64,000 nucleotides of DNA from an uncultured Gammaproteobacteria bacterium (GTDB taxonomy: Bacteria; Patescibacteriota; Microgenomatia; Daviesbacterales; UBA10151), in NCBI GenBank assembly GCA_964500725.1, contig CAZCNP010000002.1:197347-261346 (forward strand), in the 5' to 3' direction. The notes under the pieces are model-generated. The model was not told the DNA's origin. It saw nothing but the letters and a program-made list of their open reading frames with translations, and did not search any database. The position numbers and the translations under genes were made by a program. Shown in pieces: positions 46,904 through 56,534 of this stretch (position 1 is the stretch's first letter; the number at the start of each line of letters is the position of its first letter).

Positions 46904-47746
46904 ATGTGGAAAAGAAGAAGAGTAAAGAAGAGTAAAAATAACCTTAAGATAAAAATTTCTGCTGTTGCTGCTATTTTGTTAGTCTTTTTAGTAGTATTTC
47001 TTTTGTTCAAAAGCGGTCTGTTTACTGTTTCACAAGTAGAAGTTGAAGCTGAAAAGATTGAATGTGTCGGCAGTGACCAGTTAAAGAAGGCCTTCTTAAC
47101 ATCTAAGCAGAATTTTTTTACCTTTGATAAGGAGAAAATAACTGCCAATTTAGCCAAAAAATATATTTGTATAAAAAATTTTACTTTATCAAAAAAGTTA
47201 CCAAATAAATTAATGGTAAAAGTTCAAGGCAGAGATGCAGCAGCAACTTTAACTTCCTTAAAAAGCCAGCCAGCCTCTGCCTCTTCTTTTGTAGAAAATA
47301 TTGCAACCCCTAGCGCAGCAGATTTGTCAGAGCAGTTTTTAGTAGATAATGAAGGAATTATTTTTGCCAAAGCGGAGAATAATTTAAATATCCCAAAAGT
47401 ATATTTATATGGTTTTAATTTATCTTTGGGGCAGCAGTTTGGAAAGGATTTAATTTTAAAGATTTTGCAAGTCTTGGCTAAGGTTAAAACATTTGGGGTT
47501 ACAGTACAGGATAGCTGGGTTAGTGAGGATATTTTTCTGCTTTCTGATAACAATCTTTCCCTCAAAATTATCTTTAGATTAAATGAGGAAATTGATATCC
47601 AACTTGCATCTTTACAATTGATCCTCACAGAAGCTAAAATAAACCGTAGGACTATTCCGACAGGAGTCGGAATTAATTCTAAGGAGTTGGAGTTTATCGA
47701 TTTAAGATTTGATAAACCCATTGTTAAATTTGCCCCTAAAAAATAG
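46904..47746 (+). CDS. ftsQ: Cell division protein FtsQ/DivIB (POTRA)
   Basis: Basic N-terminus, single TM, FTVSQVEVEAEK POTRA start; position before ftsA. Confidence 0.65.
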   Translation: MWKRRRVKKSKNNLKIKISAVAAILLVFLVVFLLFKSGLFTVSQVEVEAEKIECVGSDQLKKAFLTSKQNFFTFDKEKITANLAKKYICIKNFTLSKKLPNKLMVKVQGRDAAATLTSLKSQPASASSFVENIATPSAADLSEQFLVDNEGIIFAKAENNLNIPKVYLYGFNLSLGQQFGKDLILKILQVLAKVKTFGVTVQDSWVSEDIFLLSDNNLSLKIIFRLNEEIDIQLASLQLILTEAKINRRTIPTGVGINSKELEFIDLRFDKPIVKFAPKK

Positions 47747-47749
47747 TTT

Positions 47750-49048
47750 ATGGCTAAAGATAGAGTAATTTGCGGAATAGATGTTGGTTCATCAAAAATA
47801 GCCACTTTGATTGCTTCAATTGATGAGCAGGGAAAAATAAACTTAATTGGTGTTTCCTCAACTCCTTCCAAAGGAGTAAAAAAAAGCCAGGTTGTTGATA
47901 TAGAAGAAGCAGTTACAGCTATTACTGAATCTGTTGAAGCAGCAGAAAGAATGGCTGGGTATTCAATTTCCTCCTCATATGTTGCTTTAGGCGGTCCCCA
48001 GATAGAAAGTGTTAACCAGCATGCAGTTGTGGCTGTTTCCGAACCTGAAGGAGAGATAAAAGAATCTGATATCAGAAGGGTTAATGATGCAGCTAGAGCC
48101 TTACCGCTTCCTTCTTCAAGAGAAATCCTGCATGTAATCCCTAGAACTTTTACTGTTGATGGGCAGGAGGGTATTAAAGATCCAATTGGCATGACTGGGG
48201 TAAGACTAGAAACCCAGACTCATATTATTACTGGGGCAACTACTTCTATGAGAAATCTGGTTAAATGTGTGTCTCAAGTTGGTATTGATGTAACTGAGTT
48301 GGTATTTTGTGGTATTTCTGCTGCTATGTCAGTCCTAACTGATACTGAAAAAGAATTAGGAGTAGTTTTAGTAGATATAGGTGGAGAAACTACAGATGTG
48401 GTAATTTTTGTGGATGGATCTGTGGCTTATTCTTCTGTGATTCCAATTGGGGCAAGACATATTACATCTGATATGGCAGTGGGACTAAGAGTTTCACTTG
48501 AGTCGGCAGAGAAAATAAAATTATCATTGGGTAAGTTAGAAAAAAGGCCAGCTTTGGCAGATAGGTTGGAAGAAAGCAGAACAGCTTTAAATAATAAGAA
48601 AAAGGAAGAGGAAGCAATTGATATTAAATCATTAGGTTTGGTGGAGGATATCCAAAAGATTTCCAGAAAAGCTGTAGTTGATGGGATTATCAAGCCAAGG
48701 TTGCAGGAGATTTTTAAGTTTGTTGGAAAAGAGCTTAAAAAGAGTGGATTTGGGACCCAAATACCTTCAGGATTAGTAATTTGTGGAGGAGGAGCACAGA
48801 CAGTTGGAGTATTAGATCAAGCAAAATATGTTTTAGGTTTTCCAGCCAGAGTGGGTCAAATTGAAGGTCTGGCAGGACTGATTGAGGAGATAGATTCACC
48901 TGCATTTGCTGCAGCTGCAGGGTTGATATTATATGGTTCAACACAAACAAGCACAGGACAATTACACCTACCAGTTTTATCTGGAAGTTTGCCAATTAAA
49001 GGGATGATACAAAAAGGGATAGATTTAGTTAAGTCTTTTCTGCCTTAA
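47750..49048 (+). CDS. ftsA: Cell division protein FtsA
   Basis: Actin-fold ICGIDVGSSKIATLIA...VDIGGETTDVVIF. Confidence 0.9.
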   Translation: MAKDRVICGIDVGSSKIATLIASIDEQGKINLIGVSSTPSKGVKKSQVVDIEEAVTAITESVEAAERMAGYSISSSYVALGGPQIESVNQHAVVAVSEPEGEIKESDIRRVNDAARALPLPSSREILHVIPRTFTVDGQEGIKDPIGMTGVRLETQTHIITGATTSMRNLVKCVSQVGIDVTELVFCGISAAMSVLTDTEKELGVVLVDIGGETTDVVIFVDGSVAYSSVIPIGARHITSDMAVGLRVSLESAEKIKLSLGKLEKRPALADRLEESRTALNNKKKEEEAIDIKSLGLVEDIQKISRKAVVDGIIKPRLQEIFKFVGKELKKSGFGTQIPSGLVICGGGAQTVGVLDQAKYVLGFPARVGQIEGLAGLIEEIDSPAFAAAAGLILYGSTQTSTGQLHLPVLSGSLPIKGMIQKGIDLVKSFLP

Positions 49049-49110
49049 AAATTTTAAGGACTTGATATTTGGAGTGTTGATCTGCTATATTCTGCCCGAA
49101 GAGTCTATTT

Positions 49111-50274
49111 ATGTTAATTAAACCTGATGTTCAAAGATTTGCCAAGATAAAAGTAGTAGGTTTGGGTGGTGGTGGATCTAACTCTTTAAACTCCATGATT
49201 TCTCTTCAGCAAATCCAAGGTGTTGAGTTTGTGGCAGTAAATACAGATGCTCAAGCACTAATGAACAATCAGTCTCCTACTAAGGTTCAAATTGGAGAGA
49301 CTTTAACAAAAGGTTTGGGATCTGGAGGAGATCCAGAAGTGGGAAAGCAGGCAGCTGAGGAGTCTACTCAAAAGATTGAAGATGTTTTGCAGGATGCTGA
49401 TATGGTTTTTTTGACAGCTGGTATGGGGGGAGGGACAGGCACAGGATCTATTCCAGTAGTAGCCCAGGTTGCTAAAACCATTGGAGCTTTAACTGTGGCT
49501 GTGGTAACAAAGCCTTTTTCTTTTGAAGGAACTAGAAGGATGGTAGTTGCTGAGGAAGGTTTGGAAAAATTAAGAGATAAGGTTGATGCTTTAATTGTTA
49601 TTCCTAACCAAAGGCTTTTAGAAAATGTAGAGAAAAATATGACTTTACAGGAAGCATTTAAACTGGCTGATTCAGTTTTGGGACAAGGAGTCCAGGGTAT
49701 TTCTGACCTTATTACTATGCCTGGACTTATTAATGTTGATTTTGCTGATGTGAAAACTATTATGAGCAATGCAGGATCTGCTCTTATGGGTATTGGGGTA
49801 GCTGGTGGAGAAAATAGAGCAGCTGCTGCAGCTAGAATGGCTATTGCTTCCCCACTTTTGGAGGTATCAATTGAGGGGGCTAAAGGAGTTCTGTTTAATA
49901 TTGTTGGGGGATCTGATCTTTCTATGACTGAGGTTAACGAGGCAGCCCAGATTATTGCTCAAGCTGCAGATCCTGATGCTAATATTATCTTTGGAGCAAC
50001 CATCAAGGAGGATCAATTAGACCAGGTTAAAATTTCAGTAATAGCTACAGGTTTTGATGAAACCAGAAGAAGACTGCGGGAATATATAGGAAATGGGATT
50101 GGATCTGCATCATTACAATCACAGCCTGGGGCCTGGGCAAGGCAGTCTACTCCAGCAGATGATGTCCAATCTCAGCAAACTGTTTCAGATTCTCAAGATG
50201 AAGCAGAAGAGCAAAAAGCAGAAGATGAGGATGAAGATTTAGAAATTCCTGCATTTTTAAGATCAAGCCGCTAA
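49111..50274 (+). CDS. ftsZ: Cell division GTPase FtsZ
   Basis: Tubulin signature [17 protein letters not shown]; acidic C-terminal tail. Confidence 0.95.
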   Translation: MLIKPDVQRFAKIKVVGLGGGGSNSLNSMISLQQIQGVEFVAVNTDAQALMNNQSPTKVQIGETLTKGLGSGGDPEVGKQAAEESTQKIEDVLQDADMVFLTAGMGGGTGTGSIPVVAQVAKTIGALTVAVVTKPFSFEGTRRMVVAEEGLEKLRDKVDALIVIPNQRLLENVEKNMTLQEAFKLADSVLGQGVQGISDLITMPGLINVDFADVKTIMSNAGSALMGIGVAGGENRAAAAARMAIASPLLEVSIEGAKGVLFNIVGGSDLSMTEVNEAAQIIAQAADPDANIIFGATIKEDQLDQVKISVIATGFDETRRRLREYIGNGIGSASLQSQPGAWARQSTPADDVQSQQTVSDSQDEAEEQKAEDEDEDLEIPAFLRSSR

Positions 50275-50296
50275 AGTTCTAATGTGGCTTGTTCAT

Positions 50297-50427
50297 GTAC
50301 AAAAAATCGCTCGCACTCTAGAAAGTTGCTCGCTTGATGTTTGTTTTGTATTAAATCTAGCTCGATTCATTGAGTTGGTACTATACAAAATTGCACAACA
50401 TTTTTTGTTTACATTGAACTTCGCCAC
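50297..50427 (+). repeat. Copy C of the repeated intergenic element, upstream of ileS
   Basis: GTACAAAAAATCGCTCGCAC...GTTGCTCGCTTGATG...CTCGATTCATTGAGTT...ACATTTTTTGTTTAC ATTGAACTTCGCCACT. Confidence 0.6.
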
Positions 50428-50476
50428 TGATTAAAGTACCTGGTCAGTTTAAGGTTAATCTGCTAAAATTGAGCTC

Positions 50477-53383
50477 ATGGCTAAATTTAAACCAGTATCA
50501 TCTCAAGTTGATTTTCCGAGCTTAGAAAGAGAGTTGCTAGACTATTGGTACAAAGAGGGGATCGTAGAAAAATATTTAAATAAAAATAATTCCTCTGAGA
50601 AGCAATATTCCTTTTTAGATGGTCCTATTACTGCTAATAATCCTATGGGTGTTCATCATGCTTGGGGTAGGACTTACAAAGACTTGTGGCAGAGATTTTT
50701 TAACATGAAGGGATATAAACAAAGATTCCAAAATGGTTTTGATGAGCAGGGGTTATGGGTAGAGGTTGAGGTAGAAAAAGAATTAGAACTTCACAGCAAA
50801 AAAGATATAGAAAATTTAGTGCCAGGGGATAAATTTAAAAGTTTGGAAAAGTTTATCAATCTTTGTAAAGATAGAGTTAAAAAATATTCTGATATCCAAA
50901 CAGACCAGTCCAAAAGACTTGGATATTTTATGGACTGGGATAATTCCTATCATACTTCCTCTGATGAAAATAATTTTGCTATCTGGAATTTTATAAAAGT
51001 AGTAAATGAAAAGGGTTGGCTTTATAAAGGTTATGATAGTGTGCCGTGGTGTCCCAGATGTGGAACTGCTATTTCACAACATGAGATTTTGACTGAAGAT
51101 TATAAAGAAGTTGTTCATGAATCAGTTTATTTTAAACTTTCTATAAAAGGTAAAGAAAATGAATATTTGGTAGTTTGGACTACCACTCCTTGGACTATTC
51201 CTGCAAATGTAGCAGTAGCTGTTGACCCAAAACAAGATTATACCCAACTTCAGTTGGAAAATGGGGATTTGATTTGGGTTATGGAGAAAAGAGTAGGGGC
51301 TTTAGGAAAATTAGGTCTGGGAAATGTAAAAAAAATCTCTAAAGCAAAGGGGAAAGATTTAGTAGGTTTGGAATATACTGCTCCTTTTGATCATTTACCC
51401 AGAGTAAATATTGCCTTGGGAGAATATATACATAGGGTGGTAGAAAATGATGAGTTAATTTTACCCATAAGTGGTGAGGAAGGAACAGGTCTTGTCCATA
51501 TAGCAACTGGTGCTGGAACTGAAGATTTTAAATTGGGAGCAAAATTAGGCCTTCCTGTTATAGAACTAATTGATGAGGAGGCAAGTTATTTAGGAGAGAT
51601 GGAAGATTTTTCAGGACAAAATGCTAAAAAACATCCAGAGGCAGTTATAGATTTTCTTAAGGGTAAAGAAAGAGGAAGATTTTTACTTACTACTGAAAGA
51701 ATAAAACACCGCTACCCGATGTGCTGGAGATGTAAGACAGAACTTGTTTGGAGGGTGGTGGATGAGTGGTATATAGCAATGGATAGGGATGACAGTTCTG
51801 GAAAAACTTACAGAGAGCAGATGGTAGAAGTTGCCAAAAAAATTAATTGGATTCCTAAGTGGGGTTTGGATAGGGAGCTGGATTGGCTTAAGAATATGCA
51901 TGATTGGCTGATTAGTAAGAAGAGATATTGGGGCTTGTCTTTGCCAATATGGGTTTGTAAAAGTTGTAATAATTTTGAAGTTATTGGCAGTAAAGAAGAA
52001 CTGAAAGAAAAAGCAGTAGAGGGTTGGGAGGAGTTTGAAGGGCATTCTCCACACAGGCCTTGGGTTGATGCTATTAAAATTAAATGTTCAAAATGCACAG
52101 AGGTTTCTTCAAGAATTCCTGATGTTGGCAACCCTTGGCTTGATGCTGGAATTGTGCCTTACTCTACTATGCCAAAAGAATGGTTTCCTGCTGATTTTGT
52201 AACTGAAAGTTTTCCTGGACAGTTTAAAAATTGGTTTTATTCATTGATTGCTATGAGTACTGCTCTAAGTGGGGAGAACCCATTCAAAAGCATTTTAGGA
52301 TTTGCATCTTTGCTGGATGAAAAAGGTGAACCTATGCATAAATCTAAAGGCAATGCCATAGAGTTTAATGAAGCAGCAGACAAAATTGGAGCTGATATTA
52401 TGAGGTGGCTTTATGTTACCCAAAATCCAGAGGCTAATTTACTATTTGGTTATACTCCTGCAGCTGAGGTAAAAAGAAGATTTTATTTGATACTATGGAA
52501 CAGTTATAAATTCTTCGTTGACTATGCTATTTTTTCCAATTGGCAGGTTAAAGAAATTAGAGATTTAAAAAATTTAGGAGTTTTAGATAAGTGGATACTG
52601 GCAAGATTGAATGAGGTAGTCTTGACAGTTGATGATAAATTAGAAAAATATGATGCTGTATCTGCATCAAGAGCACTTGAGGATTTTGTAGTAAATGATT
52701 TTTCCACTTGGTATATCAGAAGGTCTAGGGATAGAGTAGGGCCAGAGGCTGTTTCTGAGGAGCGAGATACTGCTTTATCGATAATGTATGAAGTGCTGGT
52801 TAAAACTTCTAAGCTTTTGGCTCCATTTATACCATTTGTTTCAGAGGAAATATTTAAAAATTTAACAGGAGAGCAGTCTGTACATCTCCAAGATTATCCT
52901 GAGGGAAATAAAAATTTACTAGATAAGGATTTAGTAAAAGATATGATGTATTTAAGAAAAATTGCAGAAGTTGGACATGCCAAAAGAAAAGAAGCAGGTA
53001 TTAAGTTAAGGCAGCCTCTATCTTCTGTGTTATATAAATTGCCAAATAGATTATCGGAAGAGTTGGAAAAAGTATTAGCTGATGAATTAAATGTAAAGAA
53101 AGTAGAATATAAAAAATCTACCAAGTCTGACCCTGAAGTAGAACTTGATATTAAAATTACTCCAGAACTAGCAGCAGAAGGGGAGGCTAGAGATTTAATC
53201 AGGCAAATACAGCAAGCCAGAAAAGAGCAGAATTTAACTTTGGAAAATAAAACCAAAATTATTGCTCCTTCTTGGCCAGCAGCTTTTGAAAAGCAAATAC
53301 TTGCTAGTACTGCATCGGTTTCAATTATCAAAGGCCCAGAGTTTCAGGTAATAAATTTAGATGAAAATACTAAAGATTCTTAA
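50477..53383 (+). CDS. ileS: Isoleucine--tRNA ligase
   Basis: WTTTPWTIPANVAV (the IleRS hallmark), KMSKS-type loop MHKSKGNAIEF, Zn-finger Cys pairs CPRCG / CKSC / CSKC. The region where HIGH is expected reads PMGVHHAWG. Confidence 0.85.
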   Translation: MAKFKPVSSQVDFPSLERELLDYWYKEGIVEKYLNKNNSSEKQYSFLDGPITANNPMGVHHAWGRTYKDLWQRFFNMKGYKQRFQNGFDEQGLWVEVEVEKELELHSKKDIENLVPGDKFKSLEKFINLCKDRVKKYSDIQTDQSKRLGYFMDWDNSYHTSSDENNFAIWNFIKVVNEKGWLYKGYDSVPWCPRCGTAISQHEILTEDYKEVVHESVYFKLSIKGKENEYLVVWTTTPWTIPANVAVAVDPKQDYTQLQLENGDLIWVMEKRVGALGKLGLGNVKKISKAKGKDLVGLEYTAPFDHLPRVNIALGEYIHRVVENDELILPISGEEGTGLVHIATGAGTEDFKLGAKLGLPVIELIDEEASYLGEMEDFSGQNAKKHPEAVIDFLKGKERGRFLLTTERIKHRYPMCWRCKTELVWRVVDEWYIAMDRDDSSGKTYREQMVEVAKKINWIPKWGLDRELDWLKNMHDWLISKKRYWGLSLPIWVCKSCNNFEVIGSKEELKEKAVEGWEEFEGHSPHRPWVDAIKIKCSKCTEVSSRIPDVGNPWLDAGIVPYSTMPKEWFPADFVTESFPGQFKNWFYSLIAMSTALSGENPFKSILGFASLLDEKGEPMHKSKGNAIEFNEAADKIGADIMRWLYVTQNPEANLLFGYTPAAEVKRRFYLILWNSYKFFVDYAIFSNWQVKEIRDLKNLGVLDKWILARLNEVVLTVDDKLEKYDAVSASRALEDFVVNDFSTWYIRRSRDRVGPEAVSEERDTALSIMYEVLVKTSKLLAPFIPFVSEEIFKNLTGEQSVHLQDYPEGNKNLLDKDLVKDMMYLRKIAEVGHAKRKEAGIKLRQPLSSVLYKLPNRLSEELEKVLADELNVKKVEYKKSTKSDPEVELDIKITPELAAEGEARDLIRQIQQARKEQNLTLENKTKIIAPSWPAAFEKQILASTASVSIIKGPEFQVINLDENTKDS

Positions 53384-54425
53384 CCTGCCAATTAGTTTAG
53401 TATCACTGCTTTTAGTATCTATTGGCATTTTGGTAATTTATTCTTCTTCAAAGGAGCTTGCTTTGCAGCAAAGCATTTTTACTATTGTTGGATTTCTGTC
53501 TTTTTTCCTAGTTTCCCAGCTTGATTTTTCAGCGCTTAAGAATTTTGTCAAACCATTATATATTTTTATTTTAATACTTCTGGTAACAGTACTTATTTTA
53601 GGATTTGAGACAAGGGGTAGTTTGAGGTGGATTCCTCTTGGGATATTTAATATCCAGCCTTCTGAGTTTGCCAAGCCAATTTTAGTTTTAACTTTGGCTA
53701 ATTTTTGGTCCAAAAGATCTACTTCTTGGTTAAATATTGGAAAAAGTTTGCTTTGGACTGCACCTTTATTTTTGCTGATTTTTAAACAACCAGATTTAGG
53801 GTCATCTTTGACTTTAATTGCTATTTGGCTAGGAACGTTATTTGCTGCTCAAACTTCTCTCAAGAAAATATTAATCTTAGGTTTGGCTATAGCACTTGTT
53901 ATTCCAACTAGCTGGTTATTTTTACATGATTATCAAAGGGAAAGAGTTCTTGGGTTTCTTTCTCCTAATTCTGATCCTTTAGGTAGAGGTTACAATGTCA
54001 TTCAATCAACCATTGCTGTTGGATCTGGAGAGCTGTTTGGTAGAGGATTAGGCAGGGGGACTCAGTCAAGATTACAGTTCTTACCAGAATATAGAACTGA
54101 TTTTATCTTTGCTTCAATAGCAGAGGAATTAGGATTTGTGGGATCAGTTTTAATCTTAATACTATATTTATTTTTGTTCATTTATTCTTTATGGGTAGCC
54201 CAAAAAAACACTAGAGTCTTCAATTCGCTATTAATATCAGGGGTGGTTGCTATGCTGTTGTTTCAGGTTTTTGTTAACATTGGTATGAATATTGGATTGC
54301 TGCCTATAACTGGTATTACACTGCCGCTTATTTCATATGGGGGTAGTTCAATGATTGCTACATTTATACTTCTAGGGATGATTGCATCAACTGTTAAAGG
54401 TTTACGAGGAAGTGAATTGACATAA
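53361..54425 (+). CDS. Second SEDS-family protein (RodA/FtsW-type peptidoglycan glycosyltransferase)
   Basis: SEDS hallmarks: QPSEFAKPILVL, FIFASIAEELGFVGS, LPITGITLPLISYGGSS. Confidence 0.75.
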   Translation: MKILKILNLPISLVSLLLVSIGILVIYSSSKELALQQSIFTIVGFLSFFLVSQLDFSALKNFVKPLYIFILILLVTVLILGFETRGSLRWIPLGIFNIQPSEFAKPILVLTLANFWSKRSTSWLNIGKSLLWTAPLFLLIFKQPDLGSSLTLIAIWLGTLFAAQTSLKKILILGLAIALVIPTSWLFLHDYQRERVLGFLSPNSDPLGRGYNVIQSTIAVGSGELFGRGLGRGTQSRLQFLPEYRTDFIFASIAEELGFVGSVLILILYLFLFIYSLWVAQKNTRVFNSLLISGVVAMLLFQVFVNIGMNIGLLPITGITLPLISYGGSSMIATFILLGMIASTVKGLRGSELT

Positions 54426-54452
54426 CATCTTCAACAAGATAGAATTACTCCC

Positions 54453-54758
54453 ATGTTAACTTATGCAATTTGTGAAATCTCAGGAAAACAATATAAAGTA
54501 GTTCCTGGCAAAATATTTGAGGTTGCACTCCAAGAAGAGGATAAAAAAGATATAGAGGCAAATGTTTTGCTTCTTTCTGAGGGGGATAAATTAGAGATAG
54601 GAAACCCATACCTTAAACAAAAACTAAGTTTAAAAAAGGTTGAGAATACTAAAGGGGAAAAGATCAGAGTTTCAAAATTCCATGCTAAAGCAAATTTCAG
54701 AAGAACTACAGGTTACAGGTCAAAAATAACCAAAGTTGTTTTGTCAGGCTTGACTTAA
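54453..54758 (+). CDS. rplU: 50S ribosomal protein L21
   Basis: MLTYAICEISGKQYKV...; 101 aa. Confidence 0.85.
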   Translation: MLTYAICEISGKQYKVVPGKIFEVALQEEDKKDIEANVLLLSEGDKLEIGNPYLKQKLSLKKVENTKGEKIRVSKFHAKANFRRTTGYRSKITKVVLSGLT

Positions 54759-54785
54759 ATTTTCACAGAAGATATACTCTCCTTT

Positions 54786-55031
54786 ATGGCACATAAAACA
54801 GGTGGTGGAAGCACAAGAAAAAATAAAGATTCAGTTTCCAAGAGATTGGGAGTTAAGATATATGGTGGGCAAAAAGCTGAAGTAGGAAATATTTTAGTTC
54901 GTCAAAAAGGTAATAAATTTCATTCAGGAGCAGGGACTAAACAAGGAAATGATTATACTATTTTTGCAGTTACAGCTGGCAAAGTGGAATTTAAAAAGAA
55001 ACTGGGAAAAAAGATTATTTCTGTTGTTTAA
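54786..55031 (+). CDS. rpmA: 50S ribosomal protein L27
   Basis: MAHKTGGGSTRKNKDSVSKRLGVK...GNILVRQKG..FHSGAG, the canonical bL27 N-terminus. Confidence 0.9.
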   Translation: MAHKTGGGSTRKNKDSVSKRLGVKIYGGQKAEVGNILVRQKGNKFHSGAGTKQGNDYTIFAVTAGKVEFKKKLGKKIISVV

Positions 55032-55037
55032 CTTATT

Positions 55038-55892
55038 ATGGATGAGCAGATTTATGAGCTGGAGATAGATTTCCTGCAACCTAACCCCTTACAACCTAGA
55101 GGATTAATTGCTCCTGAATCTTTAGCAGAACTGGCAAACTCTATAAAAGCACATGGTATTTTAGAACCAATAGTAGTTGCTAAAACTCCTGCAGGATACC
55201 AAATTATTGCAGGAGAAAGAAGATGGAGAGCTTCTAAATCCATTGGCCTTCCCAAAGTCCCAGTCATTATCAGAGAAACTAGTCCTCAAGGAATGCTTGA
55301 GATGGCAATTGTAGAAAATGTTCAAAGAATAGATTTAAATCCTTTAGAGAGAGCCCAAGCATACAGAAGATTAATGGATGAGTTTGGTTTAACAAATCAA
55401 GAAATTGCTGAAAGAGTTTCCAAAAGTCCTTCATACATTTCAAATACCATAAGACTTTTAATTTTGCCTGATGCTTTAAAGGATGCATTGATGTCTGGGG
55501 CAACTTCAGAGGGTCATGCCAGAGCTTTGGCAGCGCTTGAGGATCCTCATCTTATTATTTCAGCTTATAAAGAGGTGCTCAAGAGGAATTTATCAGTGAG
55601 GGGAGCAGAGGAGTTGGTTCGCCGCTTAAGGACAGAAAAAGGTATTGGTCCTAAGAAAATGGCTGATGTGGACGGGATGAGGATAATGTCTGAAGATGTT
55701 GATAAAATTCAGGAAAATATTAGCAATGTTCTGGCAAGAAGAGCAGATAAGTTTCATGTTAAGTGTCAATTGACTGGTAAAAGAGCAAGACTGGAACTAT
55801 TGATAGATGGTGAGCCAGGAAAAACCACTCCGGTATTAGAAGACCTGCATCAGGCAATTGTTGGGTATTTTAATTTACTTATTGGTAAGTAA
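55038..55892 (+). CDS. parB: Chromosome partitioning protein ParB/Spo0J
   Basis: LEPIVVAK...YQIIAGERRWRAS is the ParB box; HTH region GLTNQEIAERVSKSPSYISNTIRLL. Confidence 0.85.
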   Translation: MDEQIYELEIDFLQPNPLQPRGLIAPESLAELANSIKAHGILEPIVVAKTPAGYQIIAGERRWRASKSIGLPKVPVIIRETSPQGMLEMAIVENVQRIDLNPLERAQAYRRLMDEFGLTNQEIAERVSKSPSYISNTIRLLILPDALKDALMSGATSEGHARALAALEDPHLIISAYKEVLKRNLSVRGAEELVRRLRTEKGIGPKKMADVDGMRIMSEDVDKIQENISNVLARRADKFHVKCQLTGKRARLELLIDGEPGKTTPVLEDLHQAIVGYFNLLIGK

Positions 55893-56465
55893 GCCAATGT
55901 CTTTAGGTGGCCAGTAACGGAATAGTGCTCTGCCAATTAATTCTTCTTTTGTGATAGGACCCCATTCTCTGGAGTCAGAGGAGTGATTTCTATTGTCTCC
56001 AATTACATAATATTGGTTATCTCCCACTGTGATAGGGGTGTTCTCTGTGATAAATGCTCCAGCTTTTGTGGAAGCGCCAACTGGTAAATAATTTTCTTTG
56101 GTGGGTTGATTATTTATATAAATAGCTCCATTTCTAATTTCTAAGGTATTACCAGGAACAGCAATAATTCTTTTAATAAAATCCTGGGATTCATCTCTGG
56201 GGTTTCTCAAAACTACAATTTCTCCGGGTTTTGGTTCTCTTAATCTATAGCTGACTTTTTCTGTAATTAGGTAATCACCATTATGAAAGGTGGGTACCAT
56301 TGAATTGCCTGATACTTTATGAAATTGAGCAACAAATAAATAGATGGCTGCAAAAATAGCTCCAAACACTACCAGTGTTTCAAAAAACTCTACTAAATAA
56401 CCACCTAAATTTCCAAAAAAACCCTTAGGAGGAGTATTACCATAGTCTAAAGTATTAAGGTCCAT
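55875..56465 (-). CDS. lepB: Signal peptidase I (S26)
   Basis: SGNSMVPTFHNGDYLITEK (catalytic Ser box), ...GDNRNHSSDSREWG (boxes D/E). Convergent with parB; the 3' ends overlap by 18 nt. Confidence 0.85.
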   Translation of the reverse strand: MDLNTLDYGNTPPKGFFGNLGGYLVEFFETLVVFGAIFAAIYLFVAQFHKVSGNSMVPTFHNGDYLITEKVSYRLREPKPGEIVVLRNPRDESQDFIKRIIAVPGNTLEIRNGAIYINNQPTKENYLPVGASTKAGAFITENTPITVGDNQYYVIGDNRNHSSDSREWGPITKEELIGRALFRYWPPKDIGLLTNK

Positions 56466-56492
56466 ATTTTGCTATTATCTCAAACCGTATGG

Positions 56493-56521
56493 TTGGCAAG
56501 CAAGAGGGAGGGTGTTAAAAT
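56493..56521 (+). promoter_or_regulatory. Sigma70-like promoter for the tRNA locus: TTGGCA - 17 nt - TAAAAT, about 14 nt upstream of the tRNA 5' end
   Basis: ggTTGGCAagcaagagggagggtgtTAAAATtatacag read directly; spacing counted. Confidence 0.55.
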
Positions 56522-56534
56522 TATACAGTTTACT

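Noticed and set aside
47224-48192. 322-aa antisense ORF opposite ftsQ/ftsA
   Set aside because: It is completely overlapped by two strongly supported essential genes on the + strand. Its translation is low-complexity (Ser/Leu/Pro-rich) with no motifs. Long antisense ORFs commonly arise opposite A/G-rich coding strands.
49049-49110. Candidate ftsZ promoter TTGATA-N18-TATATT in the ftsA-ftsZ spacer
   Set aside because: It is plausible but unremarkable. Similar hexamers arise by chance in AT-rich DNA, and there is no supporting evidence, so it is not listed as a feature.
41970-53713. ORFs 41970..42161, 42449..42661, 43108..43302, 43340..43549, 46165..46347, 46885..47157, 48427..48693, 48735..48995, 49368..49769, 51683..52054, 51808..52131, 52522..52707, 52894..53331, 53438..53713
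   Set aside because: All are antisense to murA, murF, murG, ftsA, ftsZ, ileS or the SEDS gene. Their translations are low-complexity or implausible.
55052-55503. ORFs 55052..55267 and 55279..55503 on the - strand
   Set aside because: Antisense within parB, which has a clear ParB box and HTH.
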